Shown: positions 21,995 through 29,869 of the stretch, one piece after another
Position numbering within the stretch: the first letter of the stretch is position 1
Layout: each line of letters begins with the position of its first letter
Assembly: GCF_003367075.2 (NCBI RefSeq)
Contig: NZ_CP065936.1
Location: forward strand, 30,001-62,000
Source of the DNA: Cylindrospermopsis raciborskii Cr2010
Lineage (GTDB): Bacteria; Cyanobacteriota; Cyanobacteriia; Cyanobacteriales; Nostocaceae
Direction: 5' to 3'
DNA: 32,000 nt
Program-made: the position numbers and the translations under genes
The notes under the pieces: model-generated
Database searches by the model: none
The model's input: the letters and a program-made list of their open reading frames with translations, nothing else
Told to the model about the DNA's origin: nothing

Positions 21995-23878
21995 TTATTT
22001 CTCAAATGCAAACAAAAGGTTAGCCGCACCCTTGATTCTTTCTATGGGCTCTACTGATCTAGGTAGCAGGGGTAGGTGAATAATTGTTTGTTCGGGAAAT
22101 AAATTGTGATCAACTTCCACTGCTTGAGTATAGCGATTTTGTACTACGTACCTTTGTTCAATGCCCATGTTTTTCAAAGATGCGGTTAACCGAACGTGTT
22201 CTGATGTAATAGCCGATTCCGCCTGAATTACACCCACAAATTGGGTATGACGGGGGTCTTTCAATTTCTTTTGCGCCTTTACTACCTGTTGTCGCAGCTG
22301 TCGCAATCTACCAATGAAGTCTACCCGACCTAAAACATCCTGATATTTCATCCATAGCTTAAAGATCCAGGATAACCAATCTCCTAAAGCGGAAGGCATG
22401 GATAAAAATTGTAACAGATGTCCCGTAGGAGCTGTGTCTAGAATAATCAAATCTTGCTGGTTAGTTTCTAGAAGGTTAGTGATTGTGATTAAGGATAGCA
22501 TTTCGTCAATACCCGGTAATGCTTGAGACATAATTTGTCTCCACGCTTCCGGTAGGTAGGCAATGTTTACGTCTGTATCCTTGGTTGTTCCTTCCCCACT
22601 AATCATATCTGCCAATTCCCACAGATAATCAGTACGGAACTGGTCTAATATTTTGTCAGCATCTATTTCTTGTCCACATAGGTTGGGAGTGATTGGTTGG
22701 GAATCATGTCCTAATTTTTGACCAAATGCATCGCCAAGAGAATGTGCTGGATCTATGGAGATCACGCTAATATTTTTTTGGGGATAATGACTAGCAAAGG
22801 CCCAACCCATTGCTGCTGATACCGTTGTTTTGCCTACTCCTCCTTTTCCACCTACAATAATTAGTTTACAACCCTGATCCAGAAAATCAGTAAAACTAGG
22901 TGGTATTCTCTGTGGCCAGTGAATTATGGGTGGTGCTACCTCTTCTACCTGACTGATATGTTGAATTTCTCCAGCCAATTTATCCAGTGCTTGACTACCC
23001 AAGGGGGCGGCGGGTTGTTGGGGAATAATAAATACGGGTTGTCCGGAAAGATTTAGGAACTTTTGCACGTAGTTCTGCTGTTCCGCATATCGATCCTGAT
23101 CCATACTAGGATCTGTTAAAATTCGATTGATTAGAATTCCTCCAAAGGGAACTTTTAAGGTTTTTAACTGTTCTAGGAATCTTTCGGTTTCTGCTAAACA
23201 CATTGGTTCGGCAATCCCGACTATTAAAAACCCGGTGAATTGACTGTCTTGCAGTAGTCTTCTACTCTGTGATAGTTGAAATTTGAAGTCAATCAAAAAG
23301 TCGTCTACTGCATCCGGTTGATAGTTTCCAGTAAAGCTTTCGGTGATGACTTGATACTTTTTTTGAAATAATTCTAAGGAGTGTAAAATTACGTCCAAGA
23401 AGTCTTTTAGTTTTAGCAAGCTCACCGTATGTCCAGATGGAGCCATATCCACTACTATACGATCTACGTTTTTCTCTGATAGCAGTCTTTGGATCTCTAG
23501 TAGTCCCATCAGTTCATTTAATCCGGGCCAGTCTAAATCCCAAACGGGGGCTAGATCCTCTCCATCCGCTAAACTTCCTCTTTCCACTAGAATTTCCAGG
23601 TACTGGCTATATTTGGCTTTGAATTCTAACAGAAGATTTTGAGCATCTAGGGCCTGAATGCTCAAATTCGGTAAATCTACTGCTGATTGAGGTTCATTGG
23701 TGACTTCTGTCAGTAGTACATCCCCTAGGGAATGGGCTGGGTCTGTTGATAATAGAAGAATTTTCTCTTCTGGAAATTTCCTAGCCCAATAACGAGCTAA
23801 GCAGCAAGATAGGGTGGTTTTACCTACCCCTCCTTTACCGCTCAACATGACTAAATTTAATTTATCGTACTGGTACAT
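21995..23878 (-). CDS. Tandem-domain ArsA/GET3-family P-loop ATPase
   Basis: 627 aa with two halves. Half 1 has SGKGGVGKTT, STDPAHSLGD and DMAPSGH. Half 2 has GGKGGVGKTT, SIDPAHSLGDAFG and DTAPTGHLLQFL. Confidence 0.85.
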   Translation of the reverse strand: MYQYDKLNLVMLSGKGGVGKTTLSCCLARYWARKFPEEKILLLSTDPAHSLGDVLLTEVTNEPQSAVDLPNLSIQALDAQNLLLEFKAKYSQYLEILVERGSLADGEDLAPVWDLDWPGLNELMGLLEIQRLLSEKNVDRIVVDMAPSGHTVSLLKLKDFLDVILHSLELFQKKYQVITESFTGNYQPDAVDDFLIDFKFQLSQSRRLLQDSQFTGFLIVGIAEPMCLAETERFLEQLKTLKVPFGGILINRILTDPSMDQDRYAEQQNYVQKFLNLSGQPVFIIPQQPAAPLGSQALDKLAGEIQHISQVEEVAPPIIHWPQRIPPSFTDFLDQGCKLIIVGGKGGVGKTTVSAAMGWAFASHYPQKNISVISIDPAHSLGDAFGQKLGHDSQPITPNLCGQEIDADKILDQFRTDYLWELADMISGEGTTKDTDVNIAYLPEAWRQIMSQALPGIDEMLSLITITNLLETNQQDLIILDTAPTGHLLQFLSMPSALGDWLSWIFKLWMKYQDVLGRVDFIGRLRQLRQQVVKAQKKLKDPRHTQFVGVIQAESAITSEHVRLTASLKNMGIEQRYVVQNRYTQAVEVDHNLFPEQTIIHLPLLPRSVEPIERIKGAANLLFAFEK

Positions 23879-23916
23879 TTGGTTTAAAAAAATAGGGTTA
23901 GAAACTGGAATGAATA

Positions 23917-24603
23917 TTAATGCTCAATAAAATGATAGGGGGGTAGGCAATCTCCCCAAACTAAATCCCATCTGGGACAGGCCCGCTGCCAATTCAAGAA
24001 TTTTTCCTCTAGGTGAATTTTTTCATTTATGTTAATCAAAACATATATTTTTATTCCTTCTTTCTGTTCCTGAACCATTGCTGGTAAGTTATATTCTTTG
24101 GTAATTAAATCAATTAGGTTCTGTTTTTCTATGTTTTGACTATTGACAAAGGTTTTCTGATTCTCATACTCTTGCTTTTTGGCTAAAAAGTAGTTTCTCC
24201 CCCCTTTCTCGCTAACTACTGGTTCTAGAAATGTGTGGGGAATTAGTTTTAAGGTTAGTTCTATTTTGTCTCTGATTTTTTCTAGCTGGGATTTATATTC
24301 TTTTTCTTGCCATGCTAGGTGCTTGAGTAGATTATCTAAGGAGTCAAAACATGTACCAAATCTTAAAGGCAAAACTGTTACTTGTTCAAACATCTCACAA
24401 ATCACTCTGTCATGACATAAAGCCATCTGAACTATCTTCTCGTCATCATTCTCCCAGAAAGCTGGGGATATTCCAGGTTCCACAAGAGCTGAAACTTGAT
24501 TACCTGTTACTAAGCTTACTGGACCTCTCACACCCTGTGGTAAAACCAGGGGTGAATGGGGCGTTTCTAAAAAGGCATAAGTGTACAAGTCTGTTAATTC
24601 CAT
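23917..24603 (-). CDS. GvpL/GvpF-family gas vesicle protein (second paralogue), at the position gvpW holds in Anabaena/Microcystis clusters
   Basis: LYTYAFLETP...LPQGVRGPVSLVTGNQVSALVEP...HDRVICEMFEQVTVLPLRFGTCF fits the GvpF/L N-terminal pattern, also seen in the gene at 25592-26335. The ATG at 24603 is preceded by AGGTGA; the track start at 24618 is a GTG. Confidence 0.75.
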   Translation of the reverse strand: MELTDLYTYAFLETPHSPLVLPQGVRGPVSLVTGNQVSALVEPGISPAFWENDDEKIVQMALCHDRVICEMFEQVTVLPLRFGTCFDSLDNLLKHLAWQEKEYKSQLEKIRDKIELTLKLIPHTFLEPVVSEKGGRNYFLAKKQEYENQKTFVNSQNIEKQNLIDLITKEYNLPAMVQEQKEGIKIYVLININEKIHLEEKFLNWQRACPRWDLVWGDCLPPYHFIEH

Positions 24604-24725
24604 ATTTTCACCTATCACAGGATTTTGTCGCCCATTGCTCCCAGATCTTTAACTCAGCTATAACTAAAGTATAAACTTAATCTTAATCAAAAGTGGAAAC
24701 AATTCCTTTGACAGTGGTTTGATAG

Positions 24726-24753
24726 TTTACAATCGCAAGAAGTTAGTTATAAT
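24726..24753 (+). promoter_or_regulatory. Sigma70-like promoter candidate for the gvpV-like gene
   Basis: The -35 is TTTACA (24726-24731), followed by a 16-nt spacer and a perfect -10 TATAAT (24748-24753). The ATG is at 24778. Confidence 0.4.
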
Positions 24754-24777
24754 AGGTGAATACTTCTAGGTAGTTTT

Positions 24778-25092
24778 ATGAAAAGCATTCCCAACGCTGC
24801 CATGTCTAGGGCCAAAATTAGCACCATGCCCAGAACTAAAACTGACGCTTCTAGCCAATTAGATCTTTATAAAATGGTGACGGAAAAACAACGTATCCAG
24901 AGAGAACTACTCAGTCTTAAAGAACGAACCACTATCCTTCAAAAGAGATTGGATCTTCTTAATAGCCAAATAGAATCAACAGAACAAAGCATTTATGTGT
25001 CTCGTCAACCGCGATTGAGTTCTCGCATACTAGCTAAACTAAACACTCACAATGATATTCCTAGTTACAGCACTTTTGAAATTGAATATTAG
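24778..25092 (+). CDS. gvpV: Small coiled-coil protein, GvpV-like gas vesicle protein
   Basis: 104 aa with a central heptad region (QLDLYKMVTEKQRIQRELLSLKERTTILQKRLDLLNSQIESTEQSI). It sits between gvpG and the gvpW-position gene, where gvpV lies in described cyanobacterial clusters. The assignment rests on position and memory, not on a motif. Confidence 0.5.
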   Translation: MKSIPNAAMSRAKISTMPRTKTDASSQLDLYKMVTEKQRIQRELLSLKERTTILQKRLDLLNSQIESTEQSIYVSRQPRLSSRILAKLNTHNDIPSYSTFEIEY

Positions 25093-25147
25093 CATATTTT
25101 CTGCCTAACTAGACTTAAAAAAAGCCAGCGCTGTTTTTATTATTTAA

Positions 25148-25167
25148 TAACCCGCCATAGCGGGTTA
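25148..25167. terminator. Hairpin between the convergent gvpV-like gene and gvpG
   Basis: TAACCCGC-cata-GCGGGTTA, an 8-bp perfect stem with a 4-nt loop. It lies in the 104-nt gap between the stops at 25092 (+) and 25197 (-). Neither side has a clear U-tract. Confidence 0.45.
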
Positions 25168-25196
25168 CTTAGAAACAGCTTAGGTTTCATTCCTGG

Positions 25197-25550
25197 TTAA
25201 CGTGATAAGACTAAGGTTTTATCTTCTTCCTGAATTTTGGGTGTGTTTATATTGAATTCGGGTTCCTCAATGAGATCTTCTTCTTCCTCAGTTAGGTACT
25301 CTTCCTCTTCTAAACTGGCCCTTTCTTCTTCTAGGGCCTGGATTTGTAGAAGTATTTCTTCCTCTTGTTCCTCAAATTCTTCCTCGCCAATTTCCCCTAG
25401 GTCAAATGATAACTGCAAGTTTAATAATTTTTTGTGCAGGTTTTCTTGATCATCAAATTCAGTATTGGTGCGTTCTTGGATTTTTTCGGCAATCCATACT
25501 ACTCCATTAATCGGACCCATTACGGGTGATAGCAACAGTTTCATCAACAT
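25197..25550 (-). CDS. gvpG: Gas vesicle protein GvpG
   Basis: LLLSPVMGPINGVVWIAEKIQE is the typical GvpG N-terminus, followed by an acidic tail. The ATG at 25550 is preceded by AGGAAG; the track start at 25571 is a TTG. Confidence 0.8.
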   Translation of the reverse strand: MLMKLLLSPVMGPINGVVWIAEKIQERTNTEFDDQENLHKKLLNLQLSFDLGEIGEEEFEEQEEEILLQIQALEEERASLEEEEYLTEEEEDLIEEPEFNINTPKIQEEDKTLVLSR

Positions 25551-25591
25551 AAGGCACTTCCTGGATAACAAAAATAAAATGGTTCAACCAC

Positions 25592-26335
25592 TCATGATGG
25601 CGACAATTGGGCAAACGTATAGGGAGCTGTGAAATTATTGTACCTGATACGCAGGCGATCGCCGAATTGTTTGTCAATAGACTCCACGCGATCGCTAAAT
25701 GCGGATTCAGCATCCCAAGGAATTAAAAATGCTGCATTGTAGATCATCTCTTCCATCATAGGTTCATTTTCGACCACATCTTTAGCAAATGGTTGCAGTT
25801 GTTCTCGAAAAACCTGAATTACTGCTTCTTTGCGTTCCATCAAATTACTTTCAATCAGTTGTCCAATTTGAATCACCTCATCCATACTTAAATTTTTGCC
25901 TTCCATAGCGTCTCGTTGCTGCTTTAAGTCAGGATTAGAATCAATCATCATTTGCAGTTCTGATTTGGTATCCCAAAGTATCTTCACACTGACTTCTCTT
26001 TGTCCTGCTAGTTTCTCAAACAGCTGGTGTAGTTGATTTTGGGATGGGTTAATTAATTGATTAGAAATTTCCTGCCAATCTTTCACGACCAGTCCAAAGC
26101 GCAAAGGTAAAAGAGTCGGACACCCCTCTTGCATAACCTGTTCTAAAACTCTCTCGTGAGCCAACAAATTACGTCGGGAAGCCAAATACTGCTTTTGGAG
26201 AGCATGAGAATATAAAAAAACAAACCCATTGACATCCTGAGTTTTAACTGGTTGCTTATCCAAACCCTCCAATGTTAAATCCTGCGTTAATGGTTTTGGT
26301 AAAATACCATATAAGTAAAGTCCATTGCTACTCAT
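25592..26335 (-). CDS. gvpF: Gas vesicle protein GvpF (GvpF/L family)
   Basis: GLYLYGILPKP...LEGLDKQPVKTQDVNGFVFLYS...HERVLEQVMQEGCPTLLPLRFGLVV. The ATG at 26335 is preceded by AGGTG; the track start at 26344 is a GTG. Confidence 0.85.
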   Translation of the reverse strand: MSSNGLYLYGILPKPLTQDLTLEGLDKQPVKTQDVNGFVFLYSHALQKQYLASRRNLLAHERVLEQVMQEGCPTLLPLRFGLVVKDWQEISNQLINPSQNQLHQLFEKLAGQREVSVKILWDTKSELQMMIDSNPDLKQQRDAMEGKNLSMDEVIQIGQLIESNLMERKEAVIQVFREQLQPFAKDVVENEPMMEEMIYNAAFLIPWDAESAFSDRVESIDKQFGDRLRIRYNNFTAPYTFAQLSPS

Positions 26336-26422
26336 AATAATCACACCTGGGAATCCGATTTAAAACAGATTATAACTAACGTATAACCATATAAATAAGT
26401 AACACCGAATCATTAAACAGCC

Positions 26423-26467
26423 AAATTGGTTTTGCCTAAATTGGTTTTGCCTAAATTGGTTTTGAAG
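26423..26467. repeat. 15-bp direct repeat, three copies (AAATTGGTTTTGCCT), spanning the gvpK stop codon
   Basis: The units are 26423-26437, 26438-26452 and 26453-26467; the last 3 nt of the third unit diverge. Read directly. Confidence 0.85.
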
Positions 26468-26945
26468 TTAAAACCAGCTGTAATTTGGCATGAATTAAAT
26501 CTAAATTAGCCACTCCCAAATCTACTTCCCCATCAACAACAACCCCTGTATTGAGAAGACGATCCAACAGTTCCAGCACACTAGGTTGAGTTCCCTCCTC
26601 TCCGGGATAATAGGAACCCTTATGTGGTAAGAGCGTGCCAAAATCGCCCAAATTCACATTCAATTCAGCTGGGTCAACATCAAACACCTCACACAGATGG
26701 AGGACCTGAGATTCCAGTTTTTGTAAGCTTTCTGCAGCTTGCTCCAACTGCAAGTCGCTCAGATAATTCTCCTCCATACGACGAATTACCTGAGCCTCCA
26801 TTAATTGGCGCACTAGTTCCAAAACCGTTAATAGCAAGGGAGCCAAACCCGCTTCTTTCTTGGTACCAGAAGCGGGTGGTAAGAAGTCCTGGGACTGATC
26901 AAATGGAGTGATAGCCATTTCCATAGTTTCACCGACGAACGTCAC
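26451..26945 (-). CDS. gvpK: Gas vesicle protein GvpK
   Basis: GLAPLLLTVLELVRQLMEAQVIRRME...LEQAAESL is the GvpK-family core. The start is uncertain: GTG at 26945, or ATG at 26924 or 26918. Confidence 0.85.
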   Translation of the reverse strand: MTFVGETMEMAITPFDQSQDFLPPASGTKKEAGLAPLLLTVLELVRQLMEAQVIRRMEENYLSDLQLEQAAESLQKLESQVLHLCEVFDVDPAELNVNLGDFGTLLPHKGSYYPGEEGTQPSVLELLDRLLNTGVVVDGEVDLGVANLDLIHAKLQLVLTSKPI

Positions 26946-26973
26946 CTAAACACTCAGAATGGTCAGTAGACAA

Positions 26974-27594
26974 TTAACCAATCTCATCATCCAATGCTAC
27001 AATAGCTTGAGTGTCTGGTTGACTGGTTTCCGTCTCTTCTAAAACAACATCATGTTGATTAAAACCCCCAATATAATCAGTATTTTCTTGGAGATTTTCC
27101 GGAAGTTGCTCTGATACTATAGTATATTCCTCCAGTTCCTCCTGGTCTACAGATATTGGCGTAATTTCCTCACTCAGTTCCTGAGTGTTATCATCACCAT
27201 TCAGATTGTTCTCCAGAGTTAATTCTGGCTTTTCAACAGAGGTTTTGGCTATATCAGAAGTTAGCAAGTTTAGTTGTGACTCTAAATTAGCTAAACGCCC
27301 TCTGAGTTCCCTGTTTTCCTCAATTAAACCCTGAGCCTTACTACTGAGGTAAGGATCGCCCTCCCACCAATTAATACCCATCTCCTTGGCTTTATCAACG
27401 GAAGCAATTAATAAGCGAATCCGAATGTGTAGAAGCTCAGTAGAGGCAATAGACACGGAAATATCGCCAGCAATGACAATACCCTTGTCTAAAACTCTTT
27501 CCAGAATGTCCGCTAGTGTCGAACCTTGGGTAGAGGTTTTAATAACTTGACCGGAGCTTACCTGGGAACGTGTTGGTAGTATTGGGGAATTCAC
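26974..27594 (-). CDS. gvpJ: Gas vesicle protein GvpJ (GvpA/J/M family) with a coiled-coil and acidic C-terminal tail
   Basis: LADILERVLDKGIVIAGDISVSIASTELLHIRIRLLIASVDKAKEMGINWW. The start is a GTG at 27594, 15 nt after the gvpN stop. Confidence 0.9.
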   Translation of the reverse strand: MNSPILPTRSQVSSGQVIKTSTQGSTLADILERVLDKGIVIAGDISVSIASTELLHIRIRLLIASVDKAKEMGINWWEGDPYLSSKAQGLIEENRELRGRLANLESQLNLLTSDIAKTSVEKPELTLENNLNGDDNTQELSEEITPISVDQEELEEYTIVSEQLPENLQENTDYIGGFNQHDVVLEETETSQPDTQAIVALDDEIG

Positions 27595-27609
27595 AAATGA
27601 TCAACTCTG

Positions 27610-28788
27610 TTAAATAGTGTAAATACGTTTGTTTTTACTCACCAAACCTTTTTGCTCTAAAGAACGTAGAGCATTAAGGGCGGTGTGATATTCCGAGTTT
27701 AGGAATTTTTTAATCCCATTGACAGACTCGCTTCTTTTTTGTAGTAGGTAGTTGTAAACTTCTTTTTCAAAGGGAACTACCTTGGCTGTAACTAAACCCT
27801 CAATTTCCTCAATTGGTATGGCAGTGTGATTACTTTCTTCTTCGTTTATATGACCATTTAATTCTTCTACAGGCAATTCTGGTTCGTCTAAGTTGAGCAG
27901 ATCCATGAAAATATCTGTACAGTCTGCAATAGGCAAGCTACTACGATTGAACAGAATATCCATAGCAATCTCGCGGAAGGTAGGATCTTCTGGTGCGACC
28001 AAAATATCGTTGTCAGCACAAACCTTAGCAATCATCAAACCTGCACGCAATCCAGAGGTTTTCTCCGCGTGGGTAGCCAGTCGAAATGATCTGACCAAAT
28101 CCACAATCAAACCAGCAGATTGTTTATCTATATTTGTTTTTTGAACCAATATTTCCGTTTGAGTTAGGTGCTCAGGTTCTGGCATGTTAATGGTTACCAG
28201 TCTATCCATCAGTGCATCCTGTGTGGAATGAACCCCACAGTATTCTTCTGGATTAGAGGTGAAAATAACTCGGAACTGAGGGTTAACATGAAGATACTCA
28301 GGCTGATTGCTGCTGGGTGGCAAACTGAGAATTTTCTCCTCTAAGGCTGAAAGCAAAACGTTATTTACTTCTGGACGGGAGCGGTTAAATTCATCATATA
28401 CTAATGTGAAGCCTTCACGACAAGCTAAAGTTAGTCTAGAATCCATCCAGTTTTGCCTAAATTCGTCCTCAATCTTGACAACGCTATGGATATAGTTATC
28501 TAGAAGCTTCTTATGGGTATAACCAGATTCACTACCAATTAAATCTGAACTTTTAAACTCATCATCCCCAAAGAGCAACATTACTGGTCTATCTAAACAA
28601 TGAGCTAAATGTAATGCTAAAGTGGTTTTGCCTGTACCAGCAGGACCACGGAGGTGCACGGGGAAGCCAGATCTCAAATAGAGTAAAGCTCGCAAGGCCA
28701 CCTTCTCAATAGCAGGTGTCATCACAAACTGACCTGGACGAACCCGAAGAATTGCTCTTTTCTGATTGTTAATGTTGCTGACAGCCAT
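27610..28788 (-). CDS. gvpN: Gas vesicle AAA+ ATPase GvpN, with a C-terminal extension of about 90 aa
   Basis: Walker [10 protein letters not shown], Walker B-region [25 protein letters not shown], and FTSNPEEY. Confidence 0.92.
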   Translation of the reverse strand: MAVSNINNQKRAILRVRPGQFVMTPAIEKVALRALLYLRSGFPVHLRGPAGTGKTTLALHLAHCLDRPVMLLFGDDEFKSSDLIGSESGYTHKKLLDNYIHSVVKIEDEFRQNWMDSRLTLACREGFTLVYDEFNRSRPEVNNVLLSALEEKILSLPPSSNQPEYLHVNPQFRVIFTSNPEEYCGVHSTQDALMDRLVTINMPEPEHLTQTEILVQKTNIDKQSAGLIVDLVRSFRLATHAEKTSGLRAGLMIAKVCADNDILVAPEDPTFREIAMDILFNRSSLPIADCTDIFMDLLNLDEPELPVEELNGHINEEESNHTAIPIEEIEGLVTAKVVPFEKEVYNYLLQKRSESVNGIKKFLNSEYHTALNALRSLEQKGLVSKNKRIYTI

Positions 28789-28984
28789 AAGGTTACAAAT
28801 TGTAAGGAAATGAGATTAGCTAAAAAAATATGCTAGGTTTGAGATCAAGGTGCGGGATCAAGGTTAGTTTGAATGAATCCCCCTGAGTTCTTATTGCTGT
28901 TAGACCATGGACCACAGTCCTTAGACTCAGGTACGAACGACTGCATCAAAACTGCACTTTAAAACTCATTGTTATATGTTTAGT

Positions 28985-29025
28985 GCCTCCTAATCTTCAG
29001 TTCGAAAACTGTTGCTCTAGGAGGC
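28985..29025. other. 8-bp perfect inverted repeat GCCTCCTA ... TAGGAGGC (25-nt loop) in the gvpC-gvpN gap
   Basis: The arms are 28985-28992 and 29018-29025. Read directly. Its function is unknown. Confidence 0.5.
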
Positions 29026-29101
29026 CTTCGTTTGACTAGAATATCATGCGGATGGGTCAGAGGCAAAATATTTGAATTAATTTGCCTGATATATCAGCAC
29101 C

Positions 29102-29764
29102 TTACACACCAATAACACTCAAAAATAGATCTTGGCGGAACTGACGCAATGCCTCTTTTTGGGCAGATGCTTTGGCAGCGCGATCGCTAGTTGTAGCTGT
29201 CAAGAAAGCACTAGTTTTTTGCTCCAGTTCTTTATGGAAAGCACTTAACTCTGCTGCTTGCTTTTGAGCTTCGTCAATACGAGTTTTAGCTGTATCTGCC
29301 AAAAAAGCACTGGTTTTTTGCTCTAGTTCTTTGTGGAAAGCGCTTAATTCAGCTGCTTGTTTTTGAGCTTGGGCAATGCGAGCTTTCGCTGTATCTGCCA
29401 GAAACACTTCTGTTTTTTGCTCTAGTTCTTTGTGGAAAGCGCTTAATTCAGCTGCTTGTTTTTGAGCTTGAGCATGGCGAGCTTGAGTGGTCTTTGTCAA
29501 AAACTCATTGGTTTCTTGCTCTAGCTGAGAGCGGAACTGATATAGTTCTTGGGCTTGAGCCTGAGCTTGAGCTTGACGAGATTGAGCGGTTTTTGCTAAG
29601 AACTGATCAATTTCTTGCTCTAGTTGTTGGCGAAATTGGCTTAAATCCTCGGCTTGCTTCTGAGCTTGCGCAAGTCTATTACTTTTCCTTGTGGAAAGAA
29701 AATCGTTGACCTCTTGAAATATTGACTGATTTTCCAGTCTGATCTTTTGCAACAAAGCGACCAT
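29102..29764 (-). CDS. gvpC: Gas vesicle outer-surface protein GvpC with five 33-residue repeats
   Basis: Five tandem 33-aa units of the type QAQKQAAELSAFHKELEQKTSAFLADTAKTRID, and a C-terminus of RQFRQDLFLSVIGV. The ATG at 29764 (MVALLQKIRLENQ) is preceded by GAGGAGGA; the track start at 29806 is rejected. Confidence 0.9.
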   Translation of the reverse strand: MVALLQKIRLENQSIFQEVNDFLSTRKSNRLAQAQKQAEDLSQFRQQLEQEIDQFLAKTAQSRQAQAQAQAQELYQFRSQLEQETNEFLTKTTQARHAQAQKQAAELSAFHKELEQKTEVFLADTAKARIAQAQKQAAELSAFHKELEQKTSAFLADTAKTRIDEAQKQAAELSAFHKELEQKTSAFLTATTSDRAAKASAQKEALRQFRQDLFLSVIGV

Positions 29765-29869
29765 GAAGTCCTCCTCAAATATCAACATCAATGGGAGAAG
29801 ATTCACCAGATTAAAACAAATCTAGTGAACTTCTTACCACTTGGTTATTGGCGTAGTCTAATAAAAAAA

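Noticed and set aside
23437-24674. Plus-strand ORFs 23437-23622, 24233-24415 and 24351-24674
   Set aside because: They are antisense within the ArsA-like gene and the GvpF/L-family gene.
25117-25138. A7-GCCAGCGCTG-T5 as a bidirectional terminator between the gvpV-like gene and gvpG
   Set aside because: The central palindrome CAGC/GCTG leaves a loop of 0-2 nt, and the A and T runs do not register with it, so no stable stem forms. The nearby hairpin at 25148-25167 is the better candidate.
25237-25713. The Ser-rich plus-strand ORF 25237-25449 and the minus-strand ORF 25507-25713
   Set aside because: The first is the antisense reading of the GAA/GAG-rich acidic tail of gvpG. The second is an out-of-frame overlap of the gvpF 3' end and gvpG 5' end.
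26624-28495. Plus-strand ORFs 26624-26911, 27893-28144 and 28307-28495
   Set aside because: They are antisense within gvpK and gvpN.
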